From positions 1,029 through 65,028 of the forward strand of contig CAVSSM010000003.1 of assembly GCA_963730605.1 (NCBI GenBank): a stretch of 64,000 bases of DNA. Reading direction: 5' to 3'. The translations under genes were made by a program, and so were the position numbers. The notes beneath the pieces are model-generated. The model ran no database searches. It worked only from the letters and a program-made list of their open reading frames with translations, and was not told the origin of the DNA. Shown here one piece after another: positions 33,668 through 42,770 of this stretch. Position 1 is the first letter of the stretch; every line of letters begins with the position of its first letter. This stretch comes from an uncultured Chlamydiae bacterium (GTDB taxonomy: Bacteria > Chlamydiota > Chlamydiia > Chlamydiales > SM23-39).

Positions 33668-34114
33668 ATGCGGCTCCGGTTTTTTCGATCTCTTATCCCC
33701 GTTTTTTTCCTGGCGGCCCTTGCGGCCATCGGTTTTTTCTCGAGCGCATCGTCCCCTGAAAAGGATTTGATTGCTTCCTACAGTTATCAGGGACCGACGC
33801 AGCGCGTCCCTGGCAACCCGCAACTCGTCCGCGTTGAGGTGTTGATGCGAGACAGCCCCGATGCAGGCGGCGTCCGGATCAAAAGCGTCGATTTCAACGG
33901 GCAAGGGATCCCTTTGCAGCCGCCCGACATTTATGGAAACCGCGGGACGGGGAGTTTTCAACTCCCGCCGGGAAAATACAAGCTTCGCTGGGTTGTGCAA
34001 AGGGATAAGCTGATCTGGCCAAGGGTCTTGACCCATGAAGAAGAGGTGACGATCGATCCCCGCGACCTCTGGCTCCAAATCGAAATCGTCGGCGAAACCG
34101 CCTCCATCCGATGA
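33668..34114 (+). CDS. Small secreted hypothetical protein
   Basis: 148-aa ORF with a signal/anchor RSLIPVFFLAALAAIGFFSSASS. No motif recognised. Confidence 0.5.
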   Translation: MRLRFFRSLIPVFFLAALAAIGFFSSASSPEKDLIASYSYQGPTQRVPGNPQLVRVEVLMRDSPDAGGVRIKSVDFNGQGIPLQPPDIYGNRGTGSFQLPPGKYKLRWVVQRDKLIWPRVLTHEEEVTIDPRDLWLQIEIVGETASIR

Positions 34115-34165
34115 ATGCAACTATTGAGGGAAAAACCACATCCTAACCGGTCTGGATGCAAGCCA

Positions 34166-34344
34166 TTAACCCGAGAGGGCAACAGGTGGCAACAAATGGG
34201 TTAGCGAGGCAAAGAAAAAATTGAAGCGTGCTTGCCCGCGTTTTTCGCGAGGAGGAATATTCTTGAATAAGAAGAACTCCGAGCGAAGATCGATTTTTCA
34301 AAGCCGCAGCAAGCCATTTGTCACCTGTTGAACCCTCGGGTTAA
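34166..34344. mobile_element. MITE family E, copy 1
   Basis: 179 bp. The inverted termini are TTAACCCGAGAGGGCAACAGGTGGCAACAAATGG / CCATTTGTCACCTGTTGAACCCTCGGGTTAA. The core CAGGTGGCAACAAATGG is shared with 52794..53147. Confidence 0.7.
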
Positions 34345-34349
34345 TAATG

Positions 34350-34817
34350 TCACAAGGCGATTTTCAATTCTTCATTATGTGCTTCGATAGGATAGGTTTT
34401 TCCTTTTGGCTGGTTCGATAACTGCTGAAGGCTGAGTTCGTTAAATAGCGCTCGAAAGTCTTTGTCCTTGGCTTGCAAATAATTAAGTACATAGAGCCGG
34501 ATACATAACTCCAAGGAAGGAGAGATCCTGTTTTGCTCATCTTCCCACTTCAGAACGGCAACGTGGCTCACCCCGAATGTTTTGCCAAATTCTGCCATAG
34601 ACATTTGCAAATGCTTCCGTATATAGCGTAGTTCATCTCCTGTCAATGAAGAGGGTTTATGGATAATGGCTTCTAGAACAATGCGCATGAGCCGATTCAT
34701 ATTGATATCAATGCACCACTCTCCCGCAGCCTTTTTCATAGGCGCATTGACCAGTTTGACCGGAATGCCGAGTCCTCGGTAGATAAAAGTTTTTCTTTTC
34801 CTCTCCTGCTTCTTCAT
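34350..34817 (-). CDS. XRE/HTH antitoxin-like protein (MqsA/HigA-like, downstream partner)
   Basis: 155-aa ORF with an HTH segment LTGDELRYIRKHLQMSMAEFGKTFGVSHVAVLKWE. It overlaps the upstream small gene by 4 nt. Confidence 0.65.
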   Translation of the reverse strand: MKKQERKRKTFIYRGLGIPVKLVNAPMKKAAGEWCIDINMNRLMRIVLEAIIHKPSSLTGDELRYIRKHLQMSMAEFGKTFGVSHVAVLKWEDEQNRISPSLELCIRLYVLNYLQAKDKDFRALFNELSLQQLSNQPKGKTYPIEAHNEELKIAL

Positions 34818-35113
34818 TTTACCCTCATCACAGTGATTATGATCATTTCTTCTTCAAAGGAGATAATCACTCTCAATTTGATTCCATCTTTGGTTTTGCC
34901 ATAAATCGCATATTTCCACATTTGCTTTTTGACATCGAACAAGTCTTTATTCTCTTCCCTGGTGCCTGTTTTCAGTACATACAATACATCCTCTAAGCTG
35001 ACAAGGCGTTCATTTTGCCTCTGTAGAGCATGAGCACTTACAATGTAAGTCCCTTTTTCAAGATGATACCTCACTCGCTTAAGCAGTTCGGCCGTTTTTA
35101 ATGCCCTATCCAA
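34814..35113 (-). CDS. DUF4258-like small toxin candidate
   Basis: 99-aa ORF. SAHALQRQNERLVSLEDVLYVLKTG...IISFEEEMIIITVM resembles DUF4258 proteins that pair with HTH antitoxins. Toxin-first gene order. Confidence 0.6.
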   Translation of the reverse strand: MDRALKTAELLKRVRYHLEKGTYIVSAHALQRQNERLVSLEDVLYVLKTGTREENKDLFDVKKQMWKYAIYGKTKDGIKLRVIISFEEEMIIITVMRVK

Positions 35114-35146
35114 TGCATCATCCAGAATTGAAACATGGATGGTAAG

Positions 35147-36064
35147 TTACTTACATTTTTTTTGCAAGGAGAGCCACTTTTCGATCTTGTCTGCGACGCG
35201 TTGGGAGTAAAGAAGCGTCATGTGCCCGAGATCGTCGAGGACGTATTCCCGTTCGGGATGTTGGCCTGTGAGGGCCGATGAATAGGGCAGGACGATCTGA
35301 TCCGCTTTCGATGCGATATGGTAAAACCGGACTTTGCGGTTTTTTCGAACTACCTCTTCCACCTCGCGGACAAAATCGGACCCCCGTCTCATCTCGCGGC
35401 CGTTTCTCCCGATGGCAATCGACGCCATCTTTGTTCCTTCGAGCGGTGAGCCGATCGTAATGACGTCGCCCACTTTACCGGGCGGGGCCACTTTTGCCGC
35501 ATACCACGCGCAGACAAGCCCTCCCATCGAGTGACCAATCAAAGTGAGATCCTCTCTACGAGTTTCTTTTTCAATCAGGGCCGCTTTCTTCGCGAGGATT
35601 TGCGCATAATCGCGGATCGAACGGAAGGGATGGCCGAGATTCAAAGTAAAGACGGGGCCCAAACCTCTTTGACAGAGCCGCCGTTTGAGAAAAGTCCAGT
35701 TCGATGCGTTTTGCATGTAGCCGTGGATAAGAAGAATCGGCCGCCCTTGCTCAGGCCCGCACTTTCCGTCAGCCCCTCCGAAGATTCCAAGAGGCCTCAT
35801 CAAAAAGGAGGCTGTGACGGCGCAGGCTTCGAAAGCCATCGAATGGAGCCAGCAAACGGCCCGGTTCAAGGGAGCGGGAAGGAGAGGAGCGAAATAATTC
35901 AAGATTTTGATCATCGCAAGAGCAGCGAGCGCTACGGTCGTAATCAAGAAAATCCGTGCCACCGCCGCTGGAGCAAAATGAAAAGAAGCAAGATAAAATC
36001 CGCTGGCAAAAAGAGATCCGCTAAGCAAAGCGATACTTGAGAGATAATTTGACTCTTTTTGCAT
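35147..36064 (-). CDS. Membrane-anchored alpha/beta-hydrolase (lipase/esterase)
   Basis: 305-aa ORF. Three N-terminal hydrophobic helices are followed by ILLIHGYMQN and the nucleophile elbow GHSMGG. Confidence 0.75.
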   Translation of the reverse strand: MQKESNYLSSIALLSGSLFASGFYLASFHFAPAAVARIFLITTVALAALAMIKILNYFAPLLPAPLNRAVCWLHSMAFEACAVTASFLMRPLGIFGGADGKCGPEQGRPILLIHGYMQNASNWTFLKRRLCQRGLGPVFTLNLGHPFRSIRDYAQILAKKAALIEKETRREDLTLIGHSMGGLVCAWYAAKVAPPGKVGDVITIGSPLEGTKMASIAIGRNGREMRRGSDFVREVEEVVRKNRKVRFYHIASKADQIVLPYSSALTGQHPEREYVLDDLGHMTLLYSQRVADKIEKWLSLQKKCK

Positions 36065-36103
36065 ATTGCAGCACTATATCATACTAGTCATTTTGGTGGG
36101 TGA

Positions 36104-36280
36104 ATGAGCCTATCCCACTATTAGGGTTTTAAATGTTTTTAGAGATTTTTGAGCAGATTTTGAACGCCCGCAAGGGTTTCTCCCTTGAGGCCAGTGTGAA
36201 AACACACGGCCGAAAAGAGGCGTTCGAAATATGCCAAAAAGATCAAAAACAGGAAAATTCGAATAGTGGGATAGGCTCAT
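36104..36280. mobile_element. MITE family A, copy 2 (inverted interior, about 30-bp insertion)
   Basis: The termini are ATGAGCCTATCCCACTATT / AATAGTGGGATAGGCTCAT. The interior is the reverse complement of copy 1 plus an extra segment (about 36180-36215). Confidence 0.8.
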
Positions 36281-36803
36281 GAGATCGATCTTGGTCTTTG
36301 TCCATGATATCTATGAAGATCTTGAACTCTGGGTTCCTAAAATCCGCCTTGAAGAAGCCGGGTTCAAAACGGTTGTAGCAGGCCCTCAAAAAGATGCGAC
36401 CCACTTAGGCAAACACGGATACCCTTGTAAAGCAGAGATTTCATTTGACGCGGTTGATCCGCAAAGCTTCGATGGCCTCTTGATCCCGGGCGGCTACGCT
36501 CCCGATAAGATCCGGCGCATTCCAAAAGCGCTCGAGATCGTCCGAAAAATGAATGACGCTAAAAAATTGATCGCCTTCATCTGCCATGCGGGCTGGGTGC
36601 CCATCTCGGCAAAAATTGTTAGGGACAAGCATCTGACCGCCTTTTTTGCCATTAAAGATGACTTGGAAAACGCCGGCGCCATCTTTGTCGACAAACCGGT
36701 CGTCGTGGACGGCCATCTCGTCACCTCCCGAACTCCGGCCGACCTTCCTTTCTTTTGCAAGGCGATCCTGGAAGTTTTATCCAAACATAAACATGCTGTT
36801 TAA
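36279..36803 (+). CDS. DJ-1/PfpI family protein
   Basis: 174-aa ORF. VFVHDIYEDLELWVP, LLIPGGYAP and the nucleophile elbow AFICHAGW are present. Confidence 0.85.
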   Translation: MRSILVFVHDIYEDLELWVPKIRLEEAGFKTVVAGPQKDATHLGKHGYPCKAEISFDAVDPQSFDGLLIPGGYAPDKIRRIPKALEIVRKMNDAKKLIAFICHAGWVPISAKIVRDKHLTAFFAIKDDLENAGAIFVDKPVVVDGHLVTSRTPADLPFFCKAILEVLSKHKHAV

Positions 36804-37431
36804 GAACCGAACCGAGGCGGGGCAGGCGCTCTCCACCGCGCTCGAACAATTCAAAGGCGCGAAAAAAACGGTCGTTTTGGGTTTGCCGCGGGGAGGGGTC
36901 GTCGTCGCAAGCGTTGTGGCCGAAGCCCTCGGTCTTCCTCTCGATGTGCTGATCCCGCGGAAAATTGGAGCTCCCGACAATCCTGAGCTCGCGATCGGGG
37001 CGATTGCTGGAGATGGCCAAGTGCTCGACCAAGGGATCATCTCCGCCTTGAATGTCTCCGAAGATTATATCCGGAAAGAAATCGCCAGGCAGAAACAAGA
37101 AGCCGAGCGGCGCGCTAAGCTTTTTCGAAAGGGAAAACCCAGGCCGGATTGGACAGGATGGACGGCGATTCTTGTCGACGATGGGATCGCAACGGGCTCG
37201 ACAATGCGCGCATCCATTGCCGCCCTTAAAAAAATGCACGCGGCAAAAATCGTCGTAGCCGTTCCGGTCGGCCCGCCAGATACAATCGAGGATCTGAGGC
37301 GGGACGTTGATGTTGTCGTTTGTCTCTATACGCCCTCCTCTTTCATGGCAGTGGGGCAGTTTTACGATCGGTTCCCCCAAACGACAGATGTTGAGGTCAT
37401 AGAGATACTATGGAAGTCAAAATCCCCTTAG
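36793..37431 (+). CDS. Phosphoribosyltransferase-domain protein
   Basis: The start is placed at ATG 36793 (MLFKNRTEAG...). It has the PRPP-binding loop AILVDDGIATGSTM and overlaps the pfpI-like gene by 11 nt. Confidence 0.8.
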   Translation: MLFKNRTEAGQALSTALEQFKGAKKTVVLGLPRGGVVVASVVAEALGLPLDVLIPRKIGAPDNPELAIGAIAGDGQVLDQGIISALNVSEDYIRKEIARQKQEAERRAKLFRKGKPRPDWTGWTAILVDDGIATGSTMRASIAALKKMHAAKIVVAVPVGPPDTIEDLRRDVDVVVCLYTPSSFMAVGQFYDRFPQTTDVEVIEILWKSKSP

Positions 37432-38057
37432 GCAAAGTCGAGCTCTCTGCAGTGCTCACCGTCCCTCAGCAAGCGGTAAGTCTCGTCCTCTTTGCGCATG
37501 GGAGCGGAAGTAGCCGGCTCAGCCCCCGCAACCAATTTGTCGCCCGCTATCTAGAGAAGAATAAACTAGCGACTCTCCTCCTCGATCTCCTCACCCAGGA
37601 AGAAGAGGCCTTCGACGAGGGGGAAAAAGGTGATGAAACGCGCGCCCTTCGCTTCGACATCCCCTTTTTGTCAAAAAGGCTTGCCGCAGCGACCCTCTGG
37701 GCTGGGAAGCAAAGCCCATTGCCCATCTGCTATTTCGGGGCGAGCACCGGCGCGGCCGCGGCTCTTGTCTCCGCCGCAGAACTAGGGGATCTCATCAAGG
37801 CGATCGTCTCGCGGGGAGGAAGGCCAGACCTTGCCTTGGCTGCCCTTCCCAAAGTCGTCTCCCCAACACTAATGATTGTCGGAGGAGCCGATTATGGCGT
37901 CATAGAACTAAATGTTCAGGCCTTAGCAGAACTCAATTGTGTGAAAAAGCTGGAGATCGTGCCGGGGGCGACTCATCTTTTTGAGGAGAAAGGGAAGCTT
38001 GAGATCGTTGCAAAACTCGCTGCAGATTGGTTTCTATCCGCTCATCGAATGAAGTGA
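37410..38057 (+). CDS. Dienelactone-hydrolase-like alpha/beta hydrolase
   Basis: 215-aa ORF. LVLFAHGSGSSRLSPRN and YFGASTGAAAAL are present. It overlaps the preceding gene. Confidence 0.7.
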   Translation: MEVKIPLGKVELSAVLTVPQQAVSLVLFAHGSGSSRLSPRNQFVARYLEKNKLATLLLDLLTQEEEAFDEGEKGDETRALRFDIPFLSKRLAAATLWAGKQSPLPICYFGASTGAAAALVSAAELGDLIKAIVSRGGRPDLALAALPKVVSPTLMIVGGADYGVIELNVQALAELNCVKKLEIVPGATHLFEEKGKLEIVAKLAADWFLSAHRMK

Positions 38058-38817
38058 TTCGGCCTGGGGCGTTTTTCATTAGCCACTTGCGGAATTGGTG
38101 CGTTGCGCTCCACCATTCGTATTGGAGTTTCTCGGGGTCCCAAAGAGCCTCTTCGTAATAGAGCCTTCCGGGATCGAGATGGACGACTTTCCCTTCCAGC
38201 ACTCCGAAATTATCCTCAACGTTATGATCTTTGTCCCCGATCTTCCGATCGATCCGGGTCGCAATGAGAGAGAGGAATTGATCGATGTGAGCATCCTGCT
38301 CTTCAGGCGTCATGGCCTGGAAAGCCGGATAGAACGCAGCCGCCTTCCTTTGTAAAACAAAAGGGGTGCTGTTTAAATCGATCCGATGGGAACGGCCCAG
38401 GTTATCGGTGGCTAAGAGGTGGGGCATCGGGGAGAGGCTTGGCCCTTGATGCAAATAGACGATTCCCGTTTCCTCTTGGAGGGTTTTCGCAGCGATCCCG
38501 TAGCTCAACTCGTAAAATTTTCTTCTCTTCTCTCTTTTTATTTTCTCGCCCGGCAAGAGGATAGCCCAAAAAGGGAGCTTGAAATACCTATGGTTGAAAA
38601 ATTTCAGCACCCATTTTCCATCTTCGCTTACAAAAGCATAGGCTTGCTTGCCCTTTCCTAAATAATGATAGGGCTGCGAAAGAGCCTGAGAAGCCTCTTC
38701 GCTTAAAATTCCGGCTGGCTCTCCGAGAAGCTGGCCGGAGATCGATTCGATCGAAAAAAAATCGAAGCTTACATAAACTAGCGCGCAAATTGTGAGGAGA
38801 GCCGCTACTATTTTCAC
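37933..38817 (-). CDS. Secreted atypical kinase-fold protein, paralog 1
   Basis: 294-aa ORF with a signal/anchor MKIVAALLTICALVYVSF. Landmarks are YLGKGKQAYAF...WVLKFF, IGDKDHNVEDNFG and VVHLDPG. The 3' end overlaps the convergent hydrolase gene by 125 nt. Confidence 0.55.
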   Translation of the reverse strand: MKIVAALLTICALVYVSFDFFSIESISGQLLGEPAGILSEEASQALSQPYHYLGKGKQAYAFVSEDGKWVLKFFNHRYFKLPFWAILLPGEKIKREKRRKFYELSYGIAAKTLQEETGIVYLHQGPSLSPMPHLLATDNLGRSHRIDLNSTPFVLQRKAAAFYPAFQAMTPEEQDAHIDQFLSLIATRIDRKIGDKDHNVEDNFGVLEGKVVHLDPGRLYYEEALWDPEKLQYEWWSATHQFRKWLMKNAPGRITSFDERIETNLQRVLQRSQASLSPQKDESPPARSPAFSHN

Positions 38818-39641
38818 GAGCCTCCCTCATCAATTCTAGCCTTGAGATCGGCGAGATACTCAGGCCCGTATTTTTCGAGCCAGGCTTTAAGAGGGCGGAT
38901 ATAGCGCATGAGTTCAGCCCGCGCCGCCCTAGGGTCGGACAAATCGGGACGAGCCCGATAGTTGCCGAAATCAAACTCGATCGCTTGGGTTCCCAAAAAC
39001 CCGAAATTGCGCCAAAGGCTCGGATCGGCATTTCCGATCCCCTTGCCAATTCGGCTCTCCAAAAGGGCGACGATCATTTCGATCCTCTCCGGCAATGTTC
39101 CTTCCACCCGGGCGATAAAGAGGCCGTCCTCAAGAGGCACAGCCTTTTTTTGCAGAGCAAAACGGTACTCGTCCAGCGGAAGACGAAGGGACTGTCCTAA
39201 AGGCCCCCTGGCTTCTAAAACAGGGAGTTTTCCGGTAGTTTGGTTTAGGTGTAAATACAAGAGGCCGGTTTCTTTTGCAGCGGCAGATGTTGCGAGCAGG
39301 CACCCTTCGAAAAAGCTAAGAATTTTTTGCTGGGCTGGCCTTTTGAGCCCTTGTCTAAAAAGATGCCTCTGGTCGAAGCGGAAGATTTTCAGGACAATTT
39401 TTTCATCCTGGCTTGAAAAGGCGTAACATTGAGCGCCCTTGCCGAGATAGCGGAAGGGCTTTGCCAAAATATCAAACGCTTCCCTTTCGGAGAGGATGGA
39501 CTTTGCTTCCCATTCGGGGCGGAAAGGTAGTTCGAGCCGCACTTTGGAGATCTTGAATCCTTGCGTGAGCCTCTTTAGCCCCGCCGGAGCGGCAAGGGAC
39601 GCTGAAACGAACAAGAAAAAGAAGACCCACTTCCTAAACAT
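38814..39641 (-). CDS. Secreted atypical kinase-fold protein, paralog 2
   Basis: 275-aa ORF with a signal MFRKWVFFFLFVSASLAAPAG. Landmarks are YLGKGAQCYAF...IVLKIF, GIGNADPSLWRNFG and AIEFDFG. It overlaps paralog 1 by 4 nt. Confidence 0.55.
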   Translation of the reverse strand: MFRKWVFFFLFVSASLAAPAGLKRLTQGFKISKVRLELPFRPEWEAKSILSEREAFDILAKPFRYLGKGAQCYAFSSQDEKIVLKIFRFDQRHLFRQGLKRPAQQKILSFFEGCLLATSAAAKETGLLYLHLNQTTGKLPVLEARGPLGQSLRLPLDEYRFALQKKAVPLEDGLFIARVEGTLPERIEMIVALLESRIGKGIGNADPSLWRNFGFLGTQAIEFDFGNYRARPDLSDPRAARAELMRYIRPLKAWLEKYGPEYLADLKARIDEGGS

Positions 39642-39661
39642 ACAGCAAGAGAAATGCTACC

Positions 39662-40084
39662 TCAAAGGTCCTTTTTCATGTAGAAACGGTCGTGACCTTT
39701 GGGCGCATTTTCCAATACTCCAAAAATCGAATAGCCATGCTTTAGATAGAAATCTTTCGCCTGAAAATCGAAAGTGTCGAGATGAGCAACATGACAGCGA
39801 TGGGTCCGAGCATCCTTTTCTACGTGATCTAATAGCATCGAGGCGATACCGTGGCCACGGAACCTCTCGTAGATATAGAGAAGCTCAACATGCAATATTC
39901 CCCAGTTCACTCGGTAAGCTTGAATACCTCCCAAAAGATCCCCACTTTCATTTTTGGCTGAAAAATCAAGCCTCTCTATTTTGGCCCTCGGGAGTTCTTT
40001 AGCCACCAGAATGTTGTAATCGGTGATAGCTTCTTCCAGGGCCTTTAGTTCCTGTTTCTCTGCTTTGGAACTGCGGCATTTCAT
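39662..40084 (-). CDS. GNAT-family N-acetyltransferase
   Basis: 140-aa ORF with the acetyl-CoA motif ERFRGHGIASMLLDHVEKDA. Confidence 0.8.
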   Translation of the reverse strand: MKCRSSKAEKQELKALEEAITDYNILVAKELPRAKIERLDFSAKNESGDLLGGIQAYRVNWGILHVELLYIYERFRGHGIASMLLDHVEKDARTHRCHVAHLDTFDFQAKDFYLKHGYSIFGVLENAPKGHDRFYMKKDL

Positions 40085-40170
40085 CTTATTGTCCAGTATA
40101 CAGGTGAAGGGTAGTAAAAAAAAATTGATTCCGATACACTGCTTGGGGTGAAAATCAAACGAGGTGGCCT

Positions 40171-40686
40171 ATGCTCGATTATCCTCTTCCTCCCATAAAC
40201 CACTTTCACTTTCATCTAAGCTTGGGCGCTATCGTTAAACTCCCTTCGAATCCGGGAGTCGACGTGGCGTACAAAGACCTTGTCTGCACAGAGTCAGACA
40301 AGGAAAAAATCATCGAGCTCTTTAACACGATTGCCAACAACGATAAATTCTCCCTTCTCTTCATGCAAACTCACGTAAGAGGCCTTGGAGCATCACTCAA
40401 CCATGTCCATCCGCTCAAGCTCCTCGCCGTCAGCATGGCGACTTCTCATTTGAAAAATTGTTACAGGTTGATTTTTGAGGATTATTTCAAAAAGCTCGAA
40501 GTCTTAGGAGGAATGGGAGCCGCTCTCACCCGTGAATCGGAAAAGAAAAAATCCGACGGCAAGACGGCGTTGGATCAGTATCTGGCCCCATTTGCGGAAG
40601 AAATGAGAGTTCCTGTCAAAGACTTGCAACCCTTTATCGATGCGCGAGATTGGGAAGGCCTCGTCACTTACCTCATGACCCACTAA
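40171..40686 (+). CDS. Hypothetical protein
   Basis: 171-aa ORF with no motif recognised. It is convergent with the glycosyltransferase gene. Confidence 0.5.
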   Translation: MLDYPLPPINHFHFHLSLGAIVKLPSNPGVDVAYKDLVCTESDKEKIIELFNTIANNDKFSLLFMQTHVRGLGASLNHVHPLKLLAVSMATSHLKNCYRLIFEDYFKKLEVLGGMGAALTRESEKKKSDGKTALDQYLAPFAEEMRVPVKDLQPFIDARDWEGLVTYLMTH

Positions 40687-40702
40687 GAGACAGTCTCTAT
40701 CA

Positions 40703-42067
40703 TCAGGCCATTGATTCGATCCGCTGCGCGGCTCGATCTGTGTTCTCGCTCGCTTGAAAACATTTCTTCGCGATCGGGGCGATCGTATCGGGCGTAACGA
40801 TGCGCGCACTGCGTACTTTGCAAAGATAAAGAGCGTTAGCGGCCTCCCAACCGGGGATTCCGGCAAGCAGCTGCTCTAACGTCAGGTCTTCGTTTTGCTC
40901 GGGATCTTTTTTTGTTTCGGAATGAATCCACATCTCGCCCGTGCCGATACACATCAGCTCCATCGCCGTCTGGCCGCCAGAACGGGTACAGGTCAGGTCG
41001 CTGCGGAAAAAGAGCGGAGCTACGCAATCGTCATTTTGGAAAGAAAAGGGGACAACCGTCACATGTCTCGGATACTCTTTCATCCCCGCGATCGTGTCGG
41101 AAACTTTTTGGAAAAGGCATTGGCTCAAGCACTCATGCCCAGAGCAAAAAACAAAGATATGGCATGGGGTTTTTGGCGACTCTACCTGGCAAAGCTGGAT
41201 GAAATTCAACACATAATTAAAGGTCGCCTCGCTGGCGGGTTGAGATCCGAGAAGGATCGTGATCAATCGGTCCTTGGGAGGAATCGAGAAATGGACCTCG
41301 CCCCCTTTCACCGTTCCCGGCAGGGCCCCTCTTTCAAAAGCCTTTTTCATGAGGCCGAGCTCTTCTTCGTTTTTGAAACGGAGAAAGAGGGGAAAGGGCT
41401 CTTTGGCGCTTCTCTTTTTGTGCTGGAATTTTTTAAAAGACTGGCGCACATAATAGTCTTCGTAATGGATTTCTTTTTCGGAAAGGCCGCAATTTTTCTG
41501 CCAGAAAGCTTCAGCGGTTTGCCCTTCGTCAAGGAGCGGCGCGATGGAGGTGAGCTGTAGATAGGAGCGGTCTTTTTTGCTTAAGGTTTTAATCGTCCTG
41601 AAAAAGTGGGTGGCCGACTTGGTCGGAAGGTCGACTAGGACCTTTTGCAAGAGGACCCGTTTCCCCCGTTTCCGGTTATAAATCCGCAAGGCCTTGAGAA
41701 TCGCGGAAGTGCCTAAAGGCTGGGTATCGATGATGTGGTCGGCATCCTCCTTAAAAAGAGTCTGGAGGGCGCGCAAGAAAAAATAAGGCCAGGCAAAAAA
41801 ATCGAGAATATACTGAGATGAGATGAAGAAGCGGATGGCCGCGAGATTCCCCTTCCTCTGGGCGCTGTTGTACGACTCCGAGCAAAATTTCCCGAAAACT
41901 TGACCCAACCAATCCTTTAGGATGTCTTTGCGCACGATGTGGACGTTGGGATCCGCCGCCCGGGCTTCCTGCTCCTTGGCGTTGGCAGTTTGCAAGAGCC
42001 CTCCCCCGCCGGAAGAGGTGATAATTAAAAGCTTCTTCGGTTTAATAACAGGGCCTCCAAACGGCAT
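40703..42067 (-). CDS. GT-B fold glycosyltransferase (MGDG-synthase/MurG-like)
   Basis: 454-aa ORF. The N-terminal KKLLIITSSGGGGLLQTANA and the C-terminal TCTRSGGQTAMELM are the two signature loops of GT28-like enzymes. Confidence 0.6.
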   Translation of the reverse strand: MPFGGPVIKPKKLLIITSSGGGGLLQTANAKEQEARAADPNVHIVRKDILKDWLGQVFGKFCSESYNSAQRKGNLAAIRFFISSQYILDFFAWPYFFLRALQTLFKEDADHIIDTQPLGTSAILKALRIYNRKRGKRVLLQKVLVDLPTKSATHFFRTIKTLSKKDRSYLQLTSIAPLLDEGQTAEAFWQKNCGLSEKEIHYEDYYVRQSFKKFQHKKRSAKEPFPLFLRFKNEEELGLMKKAFERGALPGTVKGGEVHFSIPPKDRLITILLGSQPASEATFNYVLNFIQLCQVESPKTPCHIFVFCSGHECLSQCLFQKVSDTIAGMKEYPRHVTVVPFSFQNDDCVAPLFFRSDLTCTRSGGQTAMELMCIGTGEMWIHSETKKDPEQNEDLTLEQLLAGIPGWEAANALYLCKVRSARIVTPDTIAPIAKKCFQASENTDRAAQRIESMA

Positions 42068-42130
42068 AATATCCTTTTTTTCTCATTTTTTCTATCTAGA
42101 CAGGTTCTAATCTATATCCGGCATGAACCT

Positions 42131-42529
42131 TCAAGCTGCGATGATGCCGCTCATAACTACAAAGGAAACAAATTTTCCGCCGGTATCGATCGCGAACAGT
42201 TTAAAAGGCTTCTTGCACCAGATGACACAGGCGATTTGAGTCGTCGCAACAAACCCGAGCCAGAGAAGGAAGCCGACGAGCATCCCATCCGTGACATTCG
42301 TAACGCCGAGATTCCCTTCGAAAAATGAGAGGAAATAGGCAATGACCAAGGAATTGATGAATCCGTAAACCATCGCATCGGCTTTAGGTTTCATGTCCTT
42401 TTCCTTCATCTCGCTTAATTTTGCCCAAGCGCGGCCGAACAACGCTTTTGAATACCACACCATACCGATCACGATATTGACAACGGCGGCAATGACAACG
42501 AGAATCCAATCCGTTTGAAAAGAGGTCAT
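42131..42529 (-). CDS. DUF1761-like membrane protein
   Basis: 132-aa ORF with four helices. VIAAVVNIVIGMVWYSKALFGRAWAKL is typical of DUF1761. Confidence 0.6.
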   Translation of the reverse strand: MTSFQTDWILVVIAAVVNIVIGMVWYSKALFGRAWAKLSEMKEKDMKPKADAMVYGFINSLVIAYFLSFFEGNLGVTNVTDGMLVGFLLWLGFVATTQIACVIWCKKPFKLFAIDTGGKFVSFVVMSGIIAA

Positions 42530-42770
42530 GAGCTTTCTCCTTTTTCTAAAAACCCAAAGACATCAAGATTTCTTTTTCACCCCCTTTTCGTCAAGAAAAA
42601 GTCGATGCCACCGTAAAAAATATTTTTCCATGGATAATTAAATATTTAAAAGTTAATCATAAAATAAATAAACTATATAATTAATTTTAATTATTTAAAA
42701 AATAAAACAAATCATGATACCATGTTCTACTTACTAATCAACAGAAACTGTAATGGAGGAGTGTTATATT

